A DNA stretch of 64,000 bases, from NCBI GenBank assembly GCA_964019425.1, contig OZ025787.1:248001-312000 (forward strand), in the 5' to 3' direction. This DNA is from Flectonema sp. DT1601. Taxonomy: Eukaryota. The notes under the pieces were generated by a model, which saw nothing but the letters and a program-made list of their open reading frames with translations, ran no database searches and had not been told where the DNA came from. Made by a program: the position numbers and the translations under genes. This document shows, one piece after another, positions 11,260 through 21,707 of the stretch (the stretch's first letter is position 1; every line of letters begins with the position of its first letter).

Positions 11260-12702
11260 TCATACAAAGTGTACATACCCCCTCTCAAAGTTATTGGATT
11301 TCTTTTTTTGTTTTTTACCTTCGTGAACACATGCCCATGGAAATGCAAAACCCACCGTATTGATTATCGGAGAATTGTAATTTCGAATTGGCGAGATGGA
11401 AATATCAGACGTAGCAGTGGCTGAGAAAGTTGCAATCCCCGACGATGCAGTTGATGTAAGCCCTCGAATATAGCATCCAGGATGTGGTCGATCTATAGAA
11501 CGTGCAGCATCTCTAAAGAGTGGGTAAGTTGGATTTTGAATACCTGTCACGTCTTGTAGTAGTGTAAGCAATCCTAACATGGGTGATGTTCTTCCCGTAA
11601 TGATTGCTGTTTTAATAAGAATATCAAACCCAGCTCCTGGTGAGATCGGGTCTTTAGAGATATCCTCAAAAAGATCACATCTAGAATTATAATTATTGGC
11701 AGTCTCTGATTTCAATTTCTGAGTAGTAGCCGTCGGTTTTTCTGTAGTGGAGTTCGTGACTAGAGATTCTTTAATTCGTTTCTGTTCAAAACCAGCAACT
11801 TTAACAAGTATATTAAACTTTCCTGGTTGGTGAAGGATGGTTGGCGTTCTTTTATGAGATCGTTTTCTTGATCTCTGAATGAGCGATTTAGTTGACAGAC
11901 AATCATCGAGTATTACTTCACCAAGAGAAGCATCAGAAGTAGAACTTGAAGAGCAACTCGAAGAGTCAGCTGACTGTGACATTCCCTCTGCAGGGATGTT
12001 GTTATTTTTAAATTCAGGTGACGATCCGCTCACCAGCAATTCACATTCAGGTGACGGCAACTGTCTCCACAGTGCTGTACATGTATTAAATGCGGTCACA
12101 TGAGCTGATTTGTATTCCTTGTTTGAAACAACCTGTGAATTTAGTTCCTTATGTTCCACATGTCCATCCGAATTTTCAGTAGCGTTGCTTTGTGAATCTT
12201 CTACTTTATCAACCACAGCATTATTTCTACTTGGTGATCCGGTAGAGTTTTTTGCCAGAATCGATGAGAAAATCATTGTTGGAGAAGGTTCAGTTATTTG
12301 CATTGAACACCCCTGACTACAACTAAGCCTAACTGTAAGACATGCTCTTTGTGATACTGACAGCTGAACAACTAACACTGCAGCAGCAACAGATGCTGCA
12401 GTTGTTGCAATCAATCTTTTAGTACTACACAAAGGACTGGTAACTTTCTCAATTTGATAGTACGTTAGAGTGACTGAAGGAGTTTCTTTTACAGATTCGA
12501 TTCCAAGTTCCTTGGCCTTCTCAAGTAACTCACTTCTCTTATGAAGAGCTGCGTACAGTCTTGCTCCATCCATCCGACGAAGTTTTCGATCATTGAGTAC
12601 CCCCGTAGTGATTGATTCAATGTAATGAACTTTTCCCTTCCCTTCTTGAACTCGTACAGCAGGTTGCGCCTGAGGTAGCTGCCGCATTGTTGGGCAGCTC
12701 AT
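11260..12702 (-). CDS. Hypothetical protein (480 aa, Ser-rich middle); possible extra 3' exon via an intron at 11209-11278
   Basis: Long ATG ORF. A candidate GTATGT...CAG 70-nt intron would extend the frame to about 10998. Confidence 0.7.
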   Translation of the reverse strand: MSCPTMRQLPQAQPAVRVQEGKGKVHYIESITTGVLNDRKLRRMDGARLYAALHKRSELLEKAKELGIESVKETPSVTLTYYQIEKVTSPLCSTKRLIATTAASVAAAVLVVQLSVSQRACLTVRLSCSQGCSMQITEPSPTMIFSSILAKNSTGSPSRNNAVVDKVEDSQSNATENSDGHVEHKELNSQVVSNKEYKSAHVTAFNTCTALWRQLPSPECELLVSGSSPEFKNNNIPAEGMSQSADSSSCSSSSTSDASLGEVILDDCLSTKSLIQRSRKRSHKRTPTILHQPGKFNILVKVAGFEQKRIKESLVTNSTTEKPTATTQKLKSETANNYNSRCDLFEDISKDPISPGAGFDILIKTAIITGRTSPMLGLLTLLQDVTGIQNPTYPLFRDAARSIDRPHPGCYIRGLTSTASSGIATFSATATSDISISPIRNYNSPIINTVGFAFPWACVHEGKKQKKKSNNFERGYVHFV

Positions 12703-13118
12703 CGAGGAGGTTATGACATGTTGCAGACCTGTATTGTCTGTTTTTGAAACAGGTCAATAGAAAGTTAAGTAGACTGCAGAGGGGAAAAAACACACAAATA
12801 TTAGAAGTTTGCCCGCCATAATATATCTAAGGGGGAAGAACAAAATAATATGAAAATTTTGCTACGTCTGTGAATGATGTAGAAACAAGCGCGCACAAAA
12901 AACATGGATACAAAACAAACTGTTTTGCAACCTCTTACACGAACACAACACTCGGTTGGCTCAGCATGGAGCAGGGCCAATGGGAGAGAGGGGGTGAATA
13001 AGGACTTAATATGGTACTATTGGTTTTGTTCTTTTTTTTCTAAGTATAAAAATCGTGTTACTATGAGAAAGTGAAGATCAATAAATATTAATCATATCTC
13101 ACTCATGCGTTGTAATGC

Positions 13119-14066
13119 TTACTGGCAGTTGTCACCACCCTCGTCACAAGGGTAGTTGGTTTCGGTAAAGGTTCCCGGGGTGGCCCAGTTGCAGGTGTCC
13201 TCAAGGCAAAGAGCTCTGCCACCTCCTCTTGCTACTCTGAAGTATCCCATCTCTCCCCAGAATTCTCCCCAACTGTTTCTTACGATCCAGTACTTCTGTC
13301 CGTTCTCAACACCGTATCCGACAACTGAGATAGCGTGGTCAGCTCCTCCACAGATACCCTCAGCGATACCTCCGTGGTAGCTCAGAATCTTTGTGGCATC
13401 AACACCACATCCAATTGGTCCACGAGCGTAAATTTCCTTCATCATTTCCTCCTCTCCTCTGACACTTCCGAATTCAGCAACAGTCGCGTTCGGGAATTTG
13501 GTGATAGGAGAGCACTTTCCTCCCATGGAAGTGAAAGTGGAGCAGGTTCTGCAAACGTTCTCAGCAGTGCACTTGAGGTCAATATCCTTACAGAATCCTT
13601 CATCAGATTCCTTTGAGCATGCGAGGTAAGGATTGCAGGTATCGAATACAACACCGTGCTTGTTTCTGTGAATCCACTCGAATGCTCCTCCGATAGATCC
13701 TCCGTGACATGAACCAGCAGAACCACAGTTAAGGATGTGTTGAACAGCGAGGTTAACTTCAATACCCTGAGCCTTTCTAGCGATTTTAATTCTGTCTCCG
13801 AGGGAGGAAACAGCGGCGTGAGCCCAGCAAGATCCGCAGTACTGAGGGATGTGCTGGTTAAGGTTCTTTGTTAAGTAACTTGTTCCGTTAACGTTACCCC
13901 AGGTAAATGACTCTGGAAGGTCTGATAACTTCAAGTAATCTTTTGGCTGAGGGCTAACAATGTGAGATCCCTTAAACCCAGCAGCCTGTTCCTGCTCCTT
14001 AGTCCAGAGGGATGATGGCTTCGCCGAGGCGAAGGCAAAGAGGGCGAAAAACATCGATGACTTCAT
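13119..14066 (-). CDS. CTSZ: Cathepsin Z/X-like papain-family (C1A) cysteine peptidase, secreted
   Basis: Signal peptide, short propeptide, NQHIPQYCGSCWAH (HIP mini-loop typical of cathepsin X), catalytic His in DHAISVVG, IVRNSWG. Confidence 0.95.
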   Translation of the reverse strand: MKSSMFFALFAFASAKPSSLWTKEQEQAAGFKGSHIVSPQPKDYLKLSDLPESFTWGNVNGTSYLTKNLNQHIPQYCGSCWAHAAVSSLGDRIKIARKAQGIEVNLAVQHILNCGSAGSCHGGSIGGAFEWIHRNKHGVVFDTCNPYLACSKESDEGFCKDIDLKCTAENVCRTCSTFTSMGGKCSPITKFPNATVAEFGSVRGEEEMMKEIYARGPIGCGVDATKILSYHGGIAEGICGGADHAISVVGYGVENGQKYWIVRNSWGEFWGEMGYFRVARGGGRALCLEDTCNWATPGTFTETNYPCDEGGDNCQ

Positions 14067-16589
14067 TTTTATTGTCTTGTTGTCTGTCGGGTTGGAATAA
14101 CGGTGAGATCAACGTACATGACAAAGGGTGAAGTACTTTAGGTTGAAATAGGAAACAATCCTTAACGAACATATATAACCTGTCAAAGAATAAACATGAT
14201 CATAAAGAGACTATTCAACCATAATTCAGTGTTATGACATAACAAAAATAAAAAATATATAATACCGCTTTGCTCAAACATGACGACTGAAAGCAAGCGC
14301 CACCGTTCTGGGTATGTTTTGAAAAGAAAGAAAAAAAAAAGGGGAAAGAGGAAAACGAGTAATTTTAATTTAAAAATCGACATACTAACTACACCACTGT
14401 CCATAAGCTACTGTCAGATTGCTACAACCTAGAGAGCAGTCCCTGGATCGGCCGATAGCAAAATACTTCAGCTCGAGAATGCTGATGGATGCAGTATCAG
14501 GGGAAAGAAGAACATCAAATAATTCCAAACAGTAAACAGTGGTACTGAACAGTCAATACGATATTAGACAAGATCTTCCCATTATAGTTAGCAGACATTA
14601 TTTGAATTTCTTTTCTGAGAGTTACAATACTAACGGAGAAGGACGTAACGGGAAAAAAAAAGGCAACAAAATAAAAAATAATAATAACAACATAATGAAC
14701 AGTATGTCACTACCTAGCTTCTGCATGAAGACTGAGAATGAGAAGAGAGAAAGAAAGAAAAAAAAAAAGAGGAGAAATTACAAATGAGAAGAGAAAGTGT
14801 TTGTTAGGTAATACACGCTGCTAGAACTCAGCACGAATTGCATATTACAAAAGAAAGAAGAATAAGAATGATTTTTTTTTTTTTTTAAAAATAGAACGGT
14901 AGCTCATATAAAATTATTACAATCTTCTTTGACGTAAAGGGGTCAACTCACCTCTTACAACCAGGACTCGAAATTCATATGGAACACAAGCACACGCAGT
15001 AACATGTTACAAGAGTACTCACTCTCATATAACACAAAAGTATTCATATTGACATATAAATAGCACCTCCAAAATACCAACAAAAAAAAAAAGAAATTTA
15101 CTATGGAACATTGACACACGCAATAAACAAGTAAAAACAATTAATTAGTGTGCTGTTTAAATCAACCATCACTACTACAAAAAACAAACAAAGAACATCA
15201 AAGGTACCGCTTGTTAAGAAAGAGTGGAACTACGTCAAACGAACAGAATGAATAAAAAAATGAACAGGATCATCGCTTAGGGAGACGAGTAGTAGAAATC
15301 GAATAGTTGTTTTTTTTTTTTTTTTTTTTTTCCACTTCCCCTTGTTTTCATCCAAATGGTTTTGGATATTTTTTTTCAACAGCGCGATTATTACCGCAGT
15401 ACGCTAAAGGAAGAAAAAGAACAATGCCTTGCAAAACTGATAAAGAACATACATAATATCACAACTAACACAAAAGATAAGAAAAGAAGGAACACTTAAC
15501 GCCAAACAAATTACAACGAAGAACTTGAGATAGAGATTCGAATCGTGAACATAGTTTCAGCTGCAATGTGACAGTCAAGTATGGTAATAGATAAAAGAAA
15601 GAGAACAAAACAAAAACAGGCAGAGAAAACTGTTTACGTGTACAAGAGGAACAACAGAATAAGAAGATAAAAATATTCTGAAGCTCCACGCTAAACTGAT
15701 AACCGAAAGAAAACGATAAAGTGAAGAAGTTTACCTTATGAAAGTACCAAAAGGAACATGCTGTACTCGGAATAATAGCGCTCAGAAAAATTAGCGCGGA
15801 TTTCTGAATTTTGGAAAAACCCAGCGCGGTTTTTTTTTTTTTCTGCGCAAATAATATTTCCAAATACAGTAAATTGAGTTCACCAGTGACACGATTAGGT
15901 ATTCGAGAAAAAAAAAAGAATACGAAATAAGAGCAAAGAAAAAAAAAAAAAAAGAAAGATCGATAACACGTCAGCAAGGTAAAAGGTTTCCTACCTCACA
16001 CCTGACAAGACATTCATCGCTACTTACGCAAATCGGAAGAAAAGCCTCTTAACCCATTCTAATTGGATAGTAGAGAAGATGAAAACAAAGATCTCAATAA
16101 TAATTGAAAGAGAGAGAGAGAGAGAGAAAGAAAAAGAAAACGTACCAACGTCCACCTACCGTACTTTGTATCAAAAATCCCCAAGTCAGGGTTTGTAGTC
16201 GCAATACGCGAGACTTTGCACTCTTTTATCGAAAAGGGCAATTGTTCTTTATTTTTTTTTTTTTTTTTTTTTATATAATTTGAATCAGAATGCGGGTTCA
16301 ACACAGCGAGAATGTATAACACACGGAAACCTATCCTAGATTTTCCGTTCCAGATTGGGGTGTTCCTGATTTCGTGCACCAAAAACAACAATTTTCCTCT
16401 CCACTCTGAAAATGATGATAGATGCCTGCCAACGTCAAAAAAATATAGTTGGAAACTAATTCAATTCAAAAAAAGAAAAAAGAAAAAAAAAAAGAAAACG
16501 AGTCGTTTTACAACAGCCCGCCTTTATAGTCCGGCAGAATAGGTTCCGCAATTCTTATATGCGATGGCTTTTTCTCACAATATAGGATG

Positions 16590-16620
<31 letters not shown>

Positions 16621-17912
16621 TTTCACAAGCAAGAGAAAAAAAAAAGTTGGCAAAAAAAAAAAAAAAAAAATGCAATACCAGCTTTAGGTTGCTGAAGTCG
16701 GAGAGAACAATTCAAAGAATCGATTCAGACATCTAAACAGTAAAAAGGGGGATTATTAGATCAATAAAAATAATAAATATTTCGATTCATTCAGCAAAAG
16801 GTCGCAAACTATTTCACCTTCGTAATCAATCACAACCACTTAAGTTATCAATCTTAAGAGAAAGTCACTTAAAGGTCAGATTCAAAGTAACGATACCACA
16901 TAAGTCGAAAGCCTCACCAGATAAGACAGTCACGGTGAGTGGTCTGAAGACTACTCATCGTGCATGGTTTCATTACACCCGGCCTTGTGCTAGTGCATTA
17001 GAACCATCGAGGACAAATCTCTTTACAGATTCGTTCCAGGCAGTAGTTATCAGACTCGTCTGAGCTACACACATGCCAATGTATTCTGGAAGGCACGATG
17101 GTGAAAACCATCACAAGTTCTATAGAGAAGCTGCTGCTGTCCGAAAGGTTTGGTGGTGACTGCCTCTATCAGAACTGCGGAAAAAAAGAGACAACCAACG
17201 TCTTGATGCTTTCAACACTCGGGTGCGTACTTTCGGGTACAATATAGAACATAACAAAGCACAGGCATAAGACGCAGGCAAAAGATGAATGTCGTTTTTG
17301 TTTATTTATTATTGTTATTGTTATTATTATTTTTTTTTTTTTTTGATTGTTTTCTCTTCCCCTCTTGCAGCAATCCGCTTTCCGAATTTCTCGCTTTCTT
17401 TCATTTCCTTTATAGCAAAAGACAAACGGTCATACTATGAGAACTATTTAAACAAAGGGGGTTGAGAAATTGAGGTAAAAAAAAGAAAAAAAAAAGAAAA
17501 AAAAGAAAGAACTACAGAATAACTGATTAACAAATAGAATACGAAAGTTTGTAGGGAGGAACTTTTTTTTTTTTTTTTTTTTTTGGTACTTTTTTTTGTT
17601 TGGGCGCGAGCGCAAAAACCTACCACGATTGCGGATTTCTGTCTCAACGTTTTTTTTTTTTTTTTAATAATTTGAATTGGGATGCGGTTTCCATGAAGAA
17701 AGAATTCAGCCCTCTCGTATTGAAAGGCCATCACTCCTTCACAAAAAACAATAATAATAATAATAACTAAAAGGAAGTGATTACTTTCCTTGCAGATGCC
17801 AAATCACTCTCTTCTAATATAGTGTGGTATGCTGGTTGCTTATTCCTTTCTTAAAAGGTAATTATAAAGGTTAGGGAAAGGGGAAGAAGAAGGAGCAGTT
17901 GGTCAGCTCAAC

Positions 17913-18569
17913 TCAACACCATCCAATCATTGCCTCGTCCTCACTTGAATAAAATATATCTTCCTGTTGTTGAATAGCACCTGTTGGCTGTGGGAGAAGT
18001 TCACCAATCTCAATCTCTTGTTCAACAGCAGTCATTGAATTGTGTCTCATTGACAAGTGAGGATGCTTTTCATGAATGCGACGAAGGCGTTCAGTGTCTG
18101 CCCAGGATGCGAATTGTTTTTCATTTTCAGATCTAAACAGAAATTCTTCCTTCCCCTTATAAGATGGAAGAATACGAGCAGGAGTTGAAAACGGAGCAAT
18201 CAGCTCACCTAGAGAACGAATACTTATTGTTGGAGGAGCGGCAACTCTCTTCCTGAGAGCAACATTCTTTACATCGTTCTTTGGTGTTGGAAGAAGTAGA
18301 AGATCGCTGACTGACTCTACTATTTCAGCGATGCTGTCATCACTCGAATCGATCGACGACGCTTCTGATGTAACTCCGTCTAGCAACCCTCCTCCTCGCA
18401 GAATAAGATTTTCTTTTTCTAATCTTTTAATTGTTTCCTTTTGTTTTCTTATTGTTCTCATGCTCTCCCTGAGAAGTCTTTCGAGACGCATCTCACGGCG
18501 ATTACCAACTTTGCACTTCTTCTTCATGTTTGATATGTTGTTGTCATCAAAAGTGGTCGCAGCCGTCAT
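17913..18569 (-). CDS. Hypothetical protein with an N-terminal coiled coil
   Basis: ~218-aa ORF from the first ATG; protein-like composition. Confidence 0.65.
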   Translation of the reverse strand: MTAATTFDDNNISNMKKKCKVGNRREMRLERLLRESMRTIRKQKETIKRLEKENLILRGGGLLDGVTSEASSIDSSDDSIAEIVESVSDLLLLPTPKNDVKNVALRKRVAAPPTISIRSLGELIAPFSTPARILPSYKGKEEFLFRSENEKQFASWADTERLRRIHEKHPHLSMRHNSMTAVEQEIEIGELLPQPTGAIQQQEDIFYSSEDEAMIGWC

Positions 18570-18702
18570 TGCCAACGTGTGTGTTATGCGTGCTGTAAAA
18601 ACATAATAATTAACAAAAAAAAAAAAAAAAAAGGAAATCCCAATACAACTACTGAGTACATAATTAATACCTAAGAACTTCTAAAAAAAGGTTTTTGTTT
18701 TT

Positions 18703-19014
18703 TTAATTAGGAGGTCGTTCTTCTGGTGTGAGGTGTTTTGAATAGTCACACAAAGAACTTCTCACCAAGTCGTCTCTCCTGTTAGAATCGTTATCCCAAG
18801 CATTCCTCACACTAAGCATAAATTCCATGTCAATACTACCGTTGTGCATAGTTAGCATTTCAACCTGAAATTTAACATATGGATTGCGGTCACCGTCTTC
18901 AATACCTAACATCATTCTCGCTTCATCTTCTGTTCTTATCTTCTTTGGAGGTTTTAATATTTTTGCTAATGATCTTTTTCGAGAAGCATATCTAAATTGA
19001 AATCTGAGAACCAT
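18703..19014 (-). CDS. Small protein, possibly J-like (Pam16/Pam18-type helix)
   Basis: Basic N-terminus then TEDEARMMLGI, resembling J-domain helix I; no HPD motif. Confidence 0.45.
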   Translation of the reverse strand: MVLRFQFRYASRKRSLAKILKPPKKIRTEDEARMMLGIEDGDRNPYVKFQVEMLTMHNGSIDMEFMLSVRNAWDNDSNRRDDLVRSSLCDYSKHLTPEERPPN

Positions 19015-19505
19015 ACGTCTGTTTACCCTGATGTTGGTATGAAGGATATTGATATGATATAACGTGAAAATACTAAATAATGTAAATTATTTCTTTACTT
19101 CAGTGACTGTGATACTTGCTGTAGGAAAACAAAGAAAGTAATTAACACTCACAAACAGTTGATATCACAACCCCAACTAGTGATGTACAAGATTATCAGT
19201 ACAGTGAAGGAATCATTAAAACAACAAAAACGGTAACTATCAAGGATGCGTAGCTAGAAATCGCAATCTGTAATTTCAGTTTTTGTTGAGCGAAAGAAAA
19301 GTAAGTCGTGTGGCGATTTGAGCAGGATAGGTTGGCTCTACCACCACCTTTGACATTATGAAATAGTGTTTGTTAAATGTTTTTTTATAAGAATCTACTT
19401 TAAGGAATAGTATATTGTTATCATACGATGAGTTTATCGAATCTCAAGTTACTCAAATAATATTTAATTCTTTGAATTCAAACGAGCGACTCAGTAGAAC
19501 TATCT

Positions 19506-19841
19506 CTACTCCAACTCAGCGTATTTCACTTCTTGAGCAGCACGTTGCGACGAGAGTACAGTTGCGACGTGTGACGAAAGCCCCAAATTCCTCTCACTAA
19601 CTCTCCCAACAAGTTTAGTCTTTCCACTATTTCCTGTTCCATGACACTTGTATGGAGAATCATAAACTCTGTTGTACTTTGCAGGCATCTTATTCACTTC
19701 TGTCTCAGATGCTACAGTAGACATTCTCTCTCTCCTCTTCTTCATATTGTGCCAGTTACCTCTGGTCCACTTTGCTTCTTTATTACATTCTCTTTGAGCC
19801 TTCACTCGATCCTTTTCGAGTTGCTGTAATTCAAACGACAT
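19506..19841 (-). CDS. 111-aa ORF with a P-loop-like GTGNSGKT (copy 1; possibly a pseudogene)
   Basis: ORF retained in all three repeat units. Confidence 0.4.
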   Translation of the reverse strand: MSFELQQLEKDRVKAQRECNKEAKWTRGNWHNMKKRRERMSTVASETEVNKMPAKYNRVYDSPYKCHGTGNSGKTKLVGRVSERNLGLSSHVATVLSSQRAAQEVKYAELE

Positions 19842-20317
19842 ATTCAGGAAGGTGGTTTATTAACTTTTGAGAAGAATAAAATAATTAATAATGGAGGACA
19901 AGATAATAATTCTTCTCAAAGAAAAGATACAAAACAGAAACCTACTGCTCAGAGAGAGGTAAGCCGATGCTAACCGAAGCAGGAAATTCTAGTGATGTAC
20001 AAGTTTATCAGTACAGTGAAGGAATAATTAAAACAACAAAAACGGTAACTATCAAGGATGCGTAGCTAGAAATCGCAATCCGTAATTTCAGTTTTTGTTG
20101 AGCGAAAGAAAAGTAAGTCGTGTGGCGATTTGAGCAGGATAGGTTGGCTCTACTACCACCTTTGACATTATGAAATAGTGTTTGTTAAATGTTTTTTTAT
20201 AAGAATCTACTTTAAGGAATAGTATATTGTTATCATACGATGAGTTTATCGAATCTCAAGTTACTCAAATAATATTTAATTCTTTGAATTCAAACGAGCG
20301 ACTCAGTAGAACTATCT

Positions 20318-20653
20318 CTACTCCAACTCAGCGTATTTCACTTCTTGAGCAGCGCGTTGCGACGAGAGTACAGTTGCGACGTGTGACGAAAGCCCCAAAT
20401 TCCTCTCACTAACTCTCCCAACAAGTTTAGTCTTTCCACTATTTCCTGTTCCATGACACTTGTATGGAGAATCATAAACTCTGTTGTACTTTGCAGGCAT
20501 CTTATTCACTTCTGTCTCAGATGCTACAGTAGACATTCTCTCTCTCCTCTTCTTCATATTGTGCCAGTTACCTCTGGTCCACTTTGCTTCTTTGTTACAT
20601 TCTCTTTGAGCCTTCACTCGATCCTTTTCGAGTTGCTGTAATTCAAACGACAT
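20318..20653 (-). CDS. 111-aa ORF (copy 2)
   Basis: Protein identical to copy 1. Confidence 0.4.
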   Translation of the reverse strand: MSFELQQLEKDRVKAQRECNKEAKWTRGNWHNMKKRRERMSTVASETEVNKMPAKYNRVYDSPYKCHGTGNSGKTKLVGRVSERNLGLSSHVATVLSSQRAAQEVKYAELE

Positions 20654-21128
20654 ATTCAGGAAGGTGGTTTATTAACTTTTGAGAAGAATAAAATAATTAA
20701 TAATGGAGGACAAGATAATAATTCTTCCAAAAGAAAAGATACAAAACAGAAACCTACTGCTCAGAGAGAGGTAAGCCGATGCTAACCGAAGCAGGAAATT
20801 CTAGTGATGTACAAGTTTATCAGCACAGTGAAGGAATCATTAAAACAACAAAAACGGTAACTATCAAGGATGCGTAGCTAGAAATCGCAATCTGTAATTT
20901 CAGTTTTTGTTGAGCGAAAGAAAAGTAAGTCGTGTGGCGATTAGAGCAGGATAGGTTGGCTCTACCACCACCTTTGACATTATGAAATAGTGTTTGTTAA
21001 ATGTTTTTTATAAGAATCTACTTTAAGGAATAGTATATTGTTATCATACGATGAGTTTATCGAATCTCAAGTTGCTCAAATAATATTTAATTCTCCGAAT
21101 TCAAACGAGCGACTCAGTAGAACTATCT

Positions 21129-21455
21129 CTACTCCAACTCAGCGTATTTCACTTCTTGAGCAGCTCGTTGCGACGAGAGTACAGTTGCGACGTGTGACGA
21201 AAGCCCCAAATTCCTCTCACTAACTCTCCCAACAAGTTTAGTCTTTCCACTATTTCCTGTTCCATGACACTTGTATGGAGAATCATAAACTCTGTTGTAC
21301 TTTGCAGGCATCTTATTCACTTCTGTCTCAGATGCTACAGTAGACATTCTCTCTCTCCTCTTCTTCATATTGTGCCAGTTACCTCTGGTCCACTTTGCTT
21401 CTTTGTTACATTCTCTTTGAGCCTTCACTCGATCCTTTTGTAATTCAAACGACAT
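21129..21455 (-). CDS. 108-aa ORF (copy 3, in-frame 9-bp deletion)
   Basis: Same as copy 1 without QLE. Confidence 0.4.
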   Translation of the reverse strand: MSFELQKDRVKAQRECNKEAKWTRGNWHNMKKRRERMSTVASETEVNKMPAKYNRVYDSPYKCHGTGNSGKTKLVGRVSERNLGLSSHVATVLSSQRAAQEVKYAELE

Positions 21456-21707
21456 ATTCAGGAAGGTGGTTTATTAACTTTTGAGAAGAATAAAATAATT
21501 AATAATGGAGGAAGCACATCACCCTTGCATGAAGAATGTCTCAGAAAGAAGCAATAATAAAATAAAAAACACTTAATCGGTTCGAGTTTCTATATTTGAG
21601 GTACTCAACCAAACTGTTTTACGAAACGATATGACGGATTACAAAGAATGAAAGAAGCTGCAACACGAGGTAGTTAGAGAAATGTCGAGTAAGTGCATGA
21701 TTCGTTA

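Larger units (their letters stand above)
19177..21512. repeat. Tandem triplication of an 812-bp unit (about 2.9 copies, near-identical)
   Basis: ctagtgatgtacaag recurs at 19177, 19989 and 20801; the third copy is truncated at about 21512. Confidence 0.97.

Noticed and set aside
14100..17800. Many 60-170-aa Phe- or Lys-rich ORFs (also at 34-38.5 and 59-64 kb)
   Set aside because: Translations of A/T homopolymer tracts without protein-like composition.
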